Below, one piece after another: positions 1-7,788 of a DNA stretch of 64,000 nucleotides. A program made the position numbers and the translations under genes. Every line of letters starts with the position of its first letter. The stretch's first letter is position 1. The DNA is taken from contig OZ253580.1 in NCBI GenBank assembly GCA_965263035.1, positions 2,848,001 to 2,912,000 on the forward strand, in the 5' to 3' direction. A model generated the notes under the pieces. That model made no database searches, was not told where the DNA came from, and saw only the letters and a program-made list of their open reading frames with translations. The stretch is from Acidobacteriota bacterium. GTDB lineage: Bacteria > Acidobacteriota > UBA6911 > RPQK01 > JAJDTT01.

Positions 1-24
1 ATCGCGTCTCTCGCGACCAGGCCT

Positions 25-234
25 CTACGGAAGAGGGTCGAACCCTCCGGCGTGCCAAGGGTGACAACATGCCACTCGCCTGAGCCCAAGCAGGATCCCC
101 CTGAGCACTCCTTTTTTCTGAATCGCTTGGCGCATGTACTCCGAACAGGAGGGGTGAAACCGACAGCACGGGGGCACCACAGGAGAAACGAACTTCTGGT
201 ACAAGCTCAGACCTTCGGTCAGGAACCGTCTCAC
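25..234 (-). CDS. yidD: membrane protein insertion efficiency factor YidD
   Basis: YQKFVSP..CCRFHPSCSEY..CCHPWHAGGFDP; GTG start overlaps rnpA stop (GTGA); canonical position after rnpA. Confidence 0.9.
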   Translation of the reverse strand: MRRFLTEGLSLYQKFVSPVVPPCCRFHPSCSEYMRQAIQKKGVLRGILLGLRRVACCHPWHAGGFDPLP

Positions 235-590
235 GACCCCTGCTTCCTTCTCTTCCAGCGCGAAACCACTCGAAGAAATTCTCCTTGAAGTTCCCGGAAC
301 GTTGCCACCGCGGCGCAACGCCGAACGTTGACCACTAGATCGGAGCAGGGAAGGATCCCCTGCTTGTTCGTGCGGAAGCTTTCCCGCAGGCGCCGTCTGA
401 TGCGGTTCCTCACGACCGGCCGTCCCACCTTCCGCGACGCGGCAAGCCCCAGCCGGCTGAACTGCCGCCCGTTCTCCCGGAAGTAGAGGACGAAGTAGGG
501 CGTGAAGACCTTGTACCCTTCCCGGTAAACGGCTAGATATTCTTTCCGGGTGTGCAGGCGCTCTTCCCAGGAGAAACCGAACTGTTTCAC
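231..590 (-). CDS. rnpA: ribonuclease P protein component
   Basis: [25 protein letters not shown] (RNR motif); follows rpmH with GTGA overlap. Confidence 0.95.
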   Translation of the reverse strand: MKQFGFSWEERLHTRKEYLAVYREGYKVFTPYFVLYFRENGRQFSRLGLAASRKVGRPVVRNRIRRRLRESFRTNKQGILPCSDLVVNVRRCAAVATFRELQGEFLRVVSRWKRRKQGS

Positions 591-727
591 CCGCTCACCG
601 AAAGCATCGTCCGCTTTTTGGCTCGCCGCCGCCTCAGAATCGACCGGCCCGCCGGCGACGCCATGCGCGCCCGGAATCCATGATTCTTTTTGCGACGACG
701 ATTGTTCGGTTGAAAGGTTCGCTTCAT
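587..727 (-). CDS. rpmH: 50S ribosomal protein L34
   Basis: [22 protein letters not shown], 46 aa. Confidence 0.97.
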   Translation of the reverse strand: MKRTFQPNNRRRKKNHGFRARMASPAGRSILRRRRAKKRTMLSVSG

Positions 728-842
728 CTCCGTCTCCGCCCGTATCGAAAGGAACCAGATGCTATCAATTCCGGGCGCCGGGTTCAACTCGCCCCGACAC
801 CTCCCGACCCGAGCCTCTTTCCTCTCTCATCTGCGGGCACGG

Positions 843-1712
843 CTACATGCCCTTCTTTTCATGAGTCGCATCCCTGAGGTAACAACCCAGCACGGTCAAG
901 AACTCCGTCAATTCACCGAGGTGGCTCAACGCATTGCGCACCCGCGCCTCACCCGTGTTCCCGAGAAAGTCGAGGTAGAACAGATACTCCCAGGGACGGC
1001 CATGGATGGGGCGGGACTCGATCTTGGTGAGGTCGATGTCCCGCAGTGCGAAGACGCTCAGACACTTGAAGAGCGCCCCTGCGGCGTTCTTGAAACTGAA
1101 GACGATGGAGGTCTTGTCCGCGGCTTCGGATACCGAGGATTCGTCCGAGAGCAGAAAGAAACGGGTGAAGTTCTCCTCTCTGTCCTCGATCCGCTCCATC
1201 AGGACTTTCGCGCCATAAAACCAGGCGGCATTCTTGCCGGCGATGGCGGCATGTTCCCGGAGGCCTCCTTCTACGATCTCCTTGACGCTTCCGGAAGTAT
1301 CGTAGCCGGTTTCCCGCACCAAATGCGGATACCGCTTGAAGAACAGCTCACACTGATCCAGCGCCACCGGATGGGAGCGGACCGTTTTCACGTCCTCGAA
1401 AGTACCTCCGGCCAGCGTGATCAGGCTGTGCTCAACGGGCAGATTCGTCTCCTGTCGAATTTTCAATCCGTGACGAACCAGAAGATCGTAGTTCCGGTGA
1501 ATCGATCCCGCCAGAGAATTCTCGATGGGAATGACGCAACAGCCACATTCTCCCTGGGCCGTACGCAAAAAGACGTCGTCAAACGTCCGGCAGCAGAGAA
1601 ACTCCACGGGTCCCGGGACCATCTGCACGGACGCCTGCTCGCTGAACGATCCGCGTTCTCCCTGAATCGCAACCCCGGTCGCCTTTTCCTCATCGTGCAG
1701 ATCCACGTCCAA
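843..1712 (-). CDS. pheA: prephenate dehydratase (PDT + ACT domain)
   Basis: VAIQGERGSFSE, PIENSLAGSI, NFTRF, LTKIESRP motifs; TTG start after GGGAGG; the ORF-track extension to 2033 runs through tRNA-Sec. Confidence 0.9.
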   Translation of the reverse strand: MDVDLHDEEKATGVAIQGERGSFSEQASVQMVPGPVEFLCCRTFDDVFLRTAQGECGCCVIPIENSLAGSIHRNYDLLVRHGLKIRQETNLPVEHSLITLAGGTFEDVKTVRSHPVALDQCELFFKRYPHLVRETGYDTSGSVKEIVEGGLREHAAIAGKNAAWFYGAKVLMERIEDREENFTRFFLLSDESSVSEAADKTSIVFSFKNAAGALFKCLSVFALRDIDLTKIESRPIHGRPWEYLFYLDFLGNTGEARVRNALSHLGELTEFLTVLGCYLRDATHEKKGM

Positions 1713-1763
1713 CCCGAACCTCCCTTTCTGCTCTCGTCCACCCTCTGCCCCGGAGCCATCCGG

Positions 1764-1859
1764 CGGAGGCACATGGGAATCGAACCCACCGGCCCCGACT
1801 CTCGCCGCGGCCCGACTGATTTTGAAGACCAGGCCCGTCACCAGACGAGAAGTGCCTCC
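1764..1859 (-). tRNA. selC: tRNA-Sec (anticodon UCA)
   Basis: 8-bp acceptor stem GGAGGCAC/GTGCCTCC, 6-bp D stem with 4-nt loop, anticodon loop CTTCAAA, long variable arm, GGTTCGATTCC T arm, G discriminator. Confidence 0.93.
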
Positions 1860-1969
1860 GTGCCGACATTTTAGCCCGAATTTCTCGCCGCGGGGCGCGA
1901 TGAGGAATGCGGGCCGGCGTTCGGGCTGCTCTTTTCCAGCCGGACGCCGGGTGCTACCATCACGCAAGT

Positions 1970-3136
1970 ATGGCCAAGACGCGGGAACGGCGGCGGCCGG
2001 AGTCCGTGCAATCGCTCTGCCGCACCGCCACACGCTTACGCGACCAAGCCAAGGGCCGAACCATCAGTTTTTCTCCCAAAGTCTTCATTCCCCTGACCCG
2101 CCTCTGCCGCGACCGTTGCGGCTACTGTGCCTTCCGCCAGGATCCCAGTGATGAGTTCCCATCCTACATGACCCCGGACCAGGTCCTCACCGTCGTTCGG
2201 CGGGGAGAAGAACTGGGCTGCCGCGAGGCCCTTTTCGTTTTGGGCGACCGCCCTGAGCGATGCTACCCGCGAGCGCGCCGCTGGCTGCGTCAGCACGGAT
2301 ACGACAGCACCATCGAGTATCTCTACGATATGTGTTCCCTGGTTCTGGAGGAGACCCGTCTCTTCCCCCACAGCAATCCCGGCATCCTCACTCGGCGCGA
2401 GTTGGCGGCCCTGAAACAGGTCAACGCCTCCATGGGTCTGATGCTGGAAAGCGCGAGCCGTAGACTCTCCGAACCGGGAGGGCCGCATTATCAGAATCCG
2501 ACCAAGGATCCCCAGCTTCGCCTCCGAGTGCTTCAGGACGCCGGCGAGCTGAAGATCCCTTTTACAACAGGCCTCCTCATCGGAATCGGAGAAACCTTCC
2601 AGGAACGAATCGATTCCCTTCACCGGCTCCGGCGTCTCCAGAGCCGATACGGCCACCTGCAGGAATTCATCATCCAGAACTTCGTTCCCAAGCCGGGAAC
2701 CCCCATGGAGTCAGTCCCCGGTGCGACCGGCCGGGAGATGATGGAAACCATCTCACACGCCCGTCTGATCCTGGGCGGCTCCGCCAACCTGCAGGCACCC
2801 CCCAATCTCTCGGCGCACAACCGTCGCTATCTGGATTACCTGGATGCGGGAATCAACGATTGGGGCGGCATTTCTCCACTGACCATCGACTTCGTGAATC
2901 CCGAGGCGCCCTGGCCCCGAATAGCCGACTTGGCGCGCCAGGCCGAATCGCGGGGCTTCCGGCTCAGGGCCCGCTATCCCGTCTATCCCGAATACATTCG
3001 AGGCCCTTCTCCATATCTGACCCCCTCTCTTCGCTCCCGATTGCAATCCGAGGCGGACCCGGACGGGTATTTCCCGGTCGATTCCCTCCGCACTCCGGTG
3101 CCGGTTTCAGCAGGGGAGCACACCGGTGCCAACTGA
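1970..3136 (+). CDS. cofG: FO synthase subunit CofG (radical SAM)
   Basis: SFSPKVFIPLTRLCRDRCGYC, PHSNPG, SMGLMLE, GINDWGGISPLTIDFVNPEAPWP. Confidence 0.93.
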   Translation: MAKTRERRRPESVQSLCRTATRLRDQAKGRTISFSPKVFIPLTRLCRDRCGYCAFRQDPSDEFPSYMTPDQVLTVVRRGEELGCREALFVLGDRPERCYPRARRWLRQHGYDSTIEYLYDMCSLVLEETRLFPHSNPGILTRRELAALKQVNASMGLMLESASRRLSEPGGPHYQNPTKDPQLRLRVLQDAGELKIPFTTGLLIGIGETFQERIDSLHRLRRLQSRYGHLQEFIIQNFVPKPGTPMESVPGATGREMMETISHARLILGGSANLQAPPNLSAHNRRYLDYLDAGINDWGGISPLTIDFVNPEAPWPRIADLARQAESRGFRLRARYPVYPEYIRGPSPYLTPSLRSRLQSEADPDGYFPVDSLRTPVPVSAGEHTGAN

Positions 3137-4409
3137 TCTGGAGCGGGTGCTGAGCGGCGTTCGAATCGACGTCGCCCGTATCTTGGGCAACTCCCTGGAT
3201 GGGCGCGATCTCGCGGTCCCCGACATGGTCGTGATGTTAAAGTGCCAGGGACCCGAGTTTCTCGCCCTACTACAAGCCGCCGACTCCCTGAGGCGCCGTT
3301 CCGTCGGCGATCGAGTGACCTACGTGGTCAACCGAAATATCAATTTCACCAATGTCTGCGCAAAGAAATGCAGCTTTTGCGCCTTTAGCCGAACCTACCG
3401 CAGCGACGAAGGCTATTTGCTGCCCGTGTCTGAAATCGTCCGCCGGGCCCGGGAGGCTTGGCAATTCGGCGCAACGGAGGTCTGCATTCAGGCTGGCCTG
3501 CCACCGGCCATGCCGGGAGACCTCTACATTCGAATCTGCCAAGCCGTGACCGACGCCCTGCCGGGGCTGCACGTCCACGCCTTTTCGCCGGAGGAGATCT
3601 CTTACGGGTGCCAGTGTTCCGGGATGCAGGTTCGAGATTACCTGGCAGAACTCCTCGACGCGGGGATCGGCAGCCTGCCCGGCACATCGGCCGAAATCCT
3701 GGACGACGATCTGCGCAACCTCATCTCGCCCGGACGTATCAGCAGCGGGGAATGGACCCGAATCATCTCGACGGCCCACTCCCTCGGCATCCGGACCTCC
3801 TCCACCATGATGTTCGGTCACCTCGAGACCCCGGTGCACGTCGCCCGGCACCTGGCACACCTGAGAACCATCCAACGCCGGACCGGCGGCTTCACCGAGT
3901 TCGTTCCCTTGGGCTTCGTCCACACGGAGGCGCCCCTGTACCAGAGCAAACGGCTGCCGAATCTCCGGCCCGGGCCCACGGGTTGGGAGGTTCTGAAGGT
4001 CCACGCCGTCTCCCGGCTGGCCCTCGACAAGGATATCCCCAACCTTCAGGTCTCCTGGGTCAAGGAAGGGATGAAACTGGCTCAACTCTGCCTGGCAGCC
4101 GGTGGAAACGACCTGGGGGGCACGCTGATCAACGAGAGTATTTCCACCACCGCCGGGGCCGGCCACGGCCAACTGGTGACCCCGGAAGAGTTGCATCGCC
4201 TGATTCGCGATGCGGGCAGAGTTCCGGCGGAACGGAACACACTCTACGGGACCCTGCGCACCTTCTCCGGCAGCGACGAAGACGGGGCTCACCCTCTGGA
4301 CTCCTTGCGCCCTGACGACCGGGACCGCTTCGGCTCCTACGCCCAGTTGACCCGGTCGCGGAGGTTTCGCTTCAACCCCGGTGCACCCCGGAGACATTCC
4401 TCGGATTGA
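3126..4409 (+). CDS. cofH: FO synthase subunit CofH (radical SAM)
   Basis: VTYVVNRNINFTNVCAKKCSFCAF, PGTSAEILDD, QVSWVKEG, NDLGGTLINESIS; overlaps cofG. Confidence 0.9.
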   Translation: MPTDLERVLSGVRIDVARILGNSLDGRDLAVPDMVVMLKCQGPEFLALLQAADSLRRRSVGDRVTYVVNRNINFTNVCAKKCSFCAFSRTYRSDEGYLLPVSEIVRRAREAWQFGATEVCIQAGLPPAMPGDLYIRICQAVTDALPGLHVHAFSPEEISYGCQCSGMQVRDYLAELLDAGIGSLPGTSAEILDDDLRNLISPGRISSGEWTRIISTAHSLGIRTSSTMMFGHLETPVHVARHLAHLRTIQRRTGGFTEFVPLGFVHTEAPLYQSKRLPNLRPGPTGWEVLKVHAVSRLALDKDIPNLQVSWVKEGMKLAQLCLAAGGNDLGGTLINESISTTAGAGHGQLVTPEELHRLIRDAGRVPAERNTLYGTLRTFSGSDEDGAHPLDSLRPDDRDRFGSYAQLTRSRRFRFNPGAPRRHSSD

Positions 4410-4446
4410 CTGCCAAGCCGATGTGCCGAATGTAGACTGCCCGGGG

Positions 4447-5202
4447 TTAGCGAAACAGGTCCCGCTCCGGAAGCCGCACCAGATTTGACCCGGCGCCTGG
4501 GCCTGCTTCCAGCCGCGCACCCTGGACCAAGGCCGCCGGCACCCGTCGCCGCTTTCCCATCACCAGCTCCGCCGCGGCGGCGATTTCGTCGGCACGGGCG
4601 ATGCAGGTGGCCTGAAGCGTTCGGCCGAACCCGTCCTTTCTTCCCCGATAGTCCGACAGCGGCATTCCTCCCGCCACGCCAATGGCCACGTTTACCTGTC
4701 CGTCGCGCCAGGGGCGGCCGAAGGTATCGGCGATGATCACCGCCAGGTCCACCCCCAATGCCTCTATCAGACACGTCCTGATGGCGGCTGCGGACCGGTC
4801 CGGGTCCTCCGGAAGCAAGGTGGCCATCCCTTCCGGACTGTTGGAGAGATCGACACCGGCATTGGCGCAAACGAACCCGTGCCTGGTTTCAGCCAGCAGC
4901 ACGCCCCGATCCATCCTCACGATCCTCCGACTCTCGGACAGGGCCAATTCGACCACCCTGGGATCCCGGCCCCATTCACGCGCCCAGGAGTTGGCCAACG
5001 GCGACGGGGTGACCGTCGCCAGAGGAACAGTCCGCCCCTCCGCCTTGGAAACGATCTTGTGAGCCAGCACCAGAATATCCCCTCGGCGGACCTGGAAAGG
5101 GATCCTCCTCAGCGCCTCCACCAGCAACGGGCCCAGAGCGTCCCCCGCCTTCACTTCAGGGAGTCCCGGGATGCCCAGGATGCGCACGCCGATGTCACTC
5201 AT
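4447..5202 (-). CDS. cofE: coenzyme F420-0:L-glutamate ligase (single domain)
   Basis: HKIVSKAEGR, GFVCANAGVDLSN, LPEDPDRSA, DTFGRPWRDGQVNVAIG, ADEIAAAAELVMGK. Confidence 0.93.
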   Translation of the reverse strand: MSDIGVRILGIPGLPEVKAGDALGPLLVEALRRIPFQVRRGDILVLAHKIVSKAEGRTVPLATVTPSPLANSWAREWGRDPRVVELALSESRRIVRMDRGVLLAETRHGFVCANAGVDLSNSPEGMATLLPEDPDRSAAAIRTCLIEALGVDLAVIIADTFGRPWRDGQVNVAIGVAGGMPLSDYRGRKDGFGRTLQATCIARADEIAAAAELVMGKRRRVPAALVQGARLEAGPGAGSNLVRLPERDLFR

Positions 5203-5869
5203 AAGGATTCCACACCTTCTCAGCCAGACGGGCGACGAGGCCACTCTCGGCGAGGTAGTTCCTGGTCGCTGCCCCTCCCTCCCTCTGCCAGAACCGCACC
5301 AGATCTTCGGGTCCGTCCAGATCCAGACCGAACCGCGGGTTCGACAGCACGGTGGCAGGCACCCGTGCGCGGCGCGCCTCGGCCAGATGCCGGCGCAGGC
5401 TGTCCCGGCCGAAACGGGACGGAAAGGCATCCGGCGGCATTCTCAACAGGGCATTGGTGCCCCGGCCGTCTCGCGAGGGCACCAGAAGAGCCCCCGGGGA
5501 AGCCAGCGGGCGGCCCAGCAGAGCGTCCACATCCCGTCCCTGGATGAGCGGGACGTCCAACGGCACCCGGAGAACACACGTTGCTCCCTGTTGGTGAAGC
5601 GCGACTGCGCTCTCGTCCACGGAGCGGCTCTCGGAGGATTGGCACCGCTCCCGAATGAATCCCCACTGCCGCCGTGCGGCGTAGGCCGCAAGCTCCGGGT
5701 CTCGGCCGGCCACGACCACCTTGTCCGGCGTTCCCGCGCAAGCCAGCGCCCTGCCCACATCCTCCAACATGGCCCAGACCAGCCCAATCCTTTCCCGGCG
5801 GGACAGCCACGGAGCCATTCGCCGCTTGGCCTGGACGATCTCCTTGACTGGTATCAGAACGACTTTCAC
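5195..5869 (-). CDS. cofC: 2-phospho-L-lactate/PEP guanylyltransferase CofC (FbiD)
   Basis: LIPVK..AKRRMA, DVP, GRGTNALL, RFGRDS..H, LDLDGPEDL. Confidence 0.88.
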   Translation of the reverse strand: MKVVLIPVKEIVQAKRRMAPWLSRRERIGLVWAMLEDVGRALACAGTPDKVVVAGRDPELAAYAARRQWGFIRERCQSSESRSVDESAVALHQQGATCVLRVPLDVPLIQGRDVDALLGRPLASPGALLVPSRDGRGTNALLRMPPDAFPSRFGRDSLRRHLAEARRARVPATVLSNPRFGLDLDGPEDLVRFWQREGGAATRNYLAESGLVARLAEKVWNPYE

Positions 5870-6846
5870 GCCAACCGCAGCAGGGCGCGAGCCAACGCCC
5901 GTTTCGCGCCGGAGGTGTCCATGACCGTATTCCGGACCACGACCCGGATGCCCAGGCGCTCGATGGACGCCGCGCTGCCCGCATCGCGCTCATCCAATAC
6001 GAAAACGTCCAGAAGACCCTGATAAATCCGGGCAACTCCCTCGGCCGAGACCGGATGGCCCAGCTCCCTGAGCATTTTTGCCGCCGGCCCTTTGAGGGCG
6101 CGCCCGCCCACGATCGGACTCACCGCCACCACCAGACCCCGGCTCTTCACCACGGCCCTCCTGACCCCGGGGACCGCCAGAATGGGCCCCACGCTGATAA
6201 AGGGGTTGCTGGGACAGATGACGATGATCCGGGCATTTCGAATGACCTTCTCCACACCCGGGGCGGCACGCTGACAACTTAGCCCAGTGTATTCGAAGCC
6301 GCGAACCCGGGGCGCGCACTTCTCCCTGACCAGATACTCCTGAAGATGAAGGCGGCCGACATCGGTCTCCACCAGCGTCGGCGTGTAGCCTTCAGCCATG
6401 GGCAGAACCGAGACCTCCACACCCAGGGCTTCGCAGATGTGCGCGGTCACGACGGCGAGGCCCCACCCCCGGTTCAACAAGGATGTCCGCCAGAGATGAG
6501 TCGCCAGATCCTGGTCCCCCAAGCCGAACCAAGTGTTCGCGCCGAAGCGCCCGAGGGCTTCCAGACACCGGAAGGTGTCACCTTCGAGGCCCCACCCCCA
6601 CGTCCGGTTGGACAAACCTGCCAGCGTATAGGTGATGGTGTCGAGATCCGGGCAGACCCGGAGCCCGAAAATCTCCAGATCATCCCCGGTGTTGACGACG
6701 ACGGAAAGGCGCCTCCCGAGCCCCTCCTGCGCCATGCCCCAGACCAGTTTCGCGGCGCCGACGCCTCCGGCCAATGCCACGACGCGGACATCACCCTCTG
6801 GGGACGGTCCATCACCGAATTCGGCGCGACGAGGGGCTGTCGCCAC
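5866..6846 (-). CDS. cofD: 2-phospho-L-lactate transferase CofD (FbiA)
   Basis: LAGGVGAAKL, VNTGDD, CPDLDT, WFGLGDQDLATH, PSNPFISVGPIL, KGPAAKM. Confidence 0.93.
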   Translation of the reverse strand: MATAPRRAEFGDGPSPEGDVRVVALAGGVGAAKLVWGMAQEGLGRRLSVVVNTGDDLEIFGLRVCPDLDTITYTLAGLSNRTWGWGLEGDTFRCLEALGRFGANTWFGLGDQDLATHLWRTSLLNRGWGLAVVTAHICEALGVEVSVLPMAEGYTPTLVETDVGRLHLQEYLVREKCAPRVRGFEYTGLSCQRAAPGVEKVIRNARIIVICPSNPFISVGPILAVPGVRRAVVKSRGLVVAVSPIVGGRALKGPAAKMLRELGHPVSAEGVARIYQGLLDVFVLDERDAGSAASIERLGIRVVVRNTVMDTSGAKRALARALLRLA

Positions 6847-6852
6847 GGATCG

Positions 6853-7512
6853 TCAAAGCCCCACGACACGGAAACGCGACCCGTGAACCCGGTATCGGCG
6901 ATTGACGCTGATCAGAAGGGCACTCATTCGCTCCAGCGTGCGGGCCGCACTGAGCGGACCCGCATCCACCGTTCGGACTCCCGGCCATCGGCTCAGCAAT
7001 TGCGCCACCTCCCGCTTCCGGCGCGGCGATTCCCCACACACGAAGACATCGCAGTCGAGCGGAGCCGCCACCTCTCCCAGAAGGCGCGCCGGCACCGTCT
7101 TCAGGGCTGCCACCAAGGCACCCGGATCAGGGAGGCCCGCAGCCAACTGCTCGCTGCCGGAGCCGGCCTCCAAGGGGGCCATCTTGACCCGGCCAGCGTG
7201 GAACACCACCGGAACCGTGACATCCACCCAAGTCGTCCCCTTCGCCGCGTGCGGCGCACAAGTGGACACCAACTCGGCGGCCCCGGTGAAGGGCGCCGCC
7301 AGAAAAAGGGTCCCGGACTGCGTTGCCACGTCTGCGTTCAGGCCGCCTCGGATCCGGGATTCGCCGCCCAGGAGCCGATTCAGTTCCGACGCCGTCCTGG
7401 TCGCTCGGGTCCGGCTTCGGGATCCTACAAGCACATCGAACCCCGCTTTGGCCAGACGCAGGGCGATGCCCCGGCCCTCCTGCCCGGTGCCGCCGAGCAC
7501 ACCCAGCTTCAC
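6853..7512 (-). CDS. npdG: NADPH-dependent F420 reductase (Fno/NpdG)
   Basis: LGVLGGTGQEGRGIALRLA..VGSR, VDVTVP, DAGPL; heads the cofD-cofC-cofE operon. Confidence 0.85.
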   Translation of the reverse strand: MKLGVLGGTGQEGRGIALRLAKAGFDVLVGSRSRTRATRTASELNRLLGGESRIRGGLNADVATQSGTLFLAAPFTGAAELVSTCAPHAAKGTTWVDVTVPVVFHAGRVKMAPLEAGSGSEQLAAGLPDPGALVAALKTVPARLLGEVAAPLDCDVFVCGESPRRKREVAQLLSRWPGVRTVDAGPLSAARTLERMSALLISVNRRYRVHGSRFRVVGL

Positions 7513-7788
7513 AATCCGCCCTCTTTCTTCACCTGTCCCCCGGGACCCCAACCCGAGATCTACGCTTCCCGGAAGCCGCATTACAACAAAGCGGGATGGC
7601 CCCCACAAGTCTCACATTCAGCGGCTTTTGTCCGCTCGGTGCCACTGGCTTCACGGGCGCGCAAGGCTTGCGAGGGAGAGAGCGTCCGCGTAATCTCTCC
7701 ACTGCATTGATGAGTTGATGGAGGGGCCGCCAGCAGCATTTTCGCGGCGGTGTAACGGCTTGGGCCCGGATGTTCCGGGTGGCTGTCA

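Noticed and set aside
1713-2033. N-terminal extension of the pheA ORF
   Set aside because: It runs through tRNA-Sec and the cofG promoter; an RBS and TTG at 1712 give a normal-length enzyme.
7513-7788. Riboswitch in the npdG/ElbD-like intergenic region
   Set aside because: No FMN, SAM, cobalamin or other recognisable consensus.
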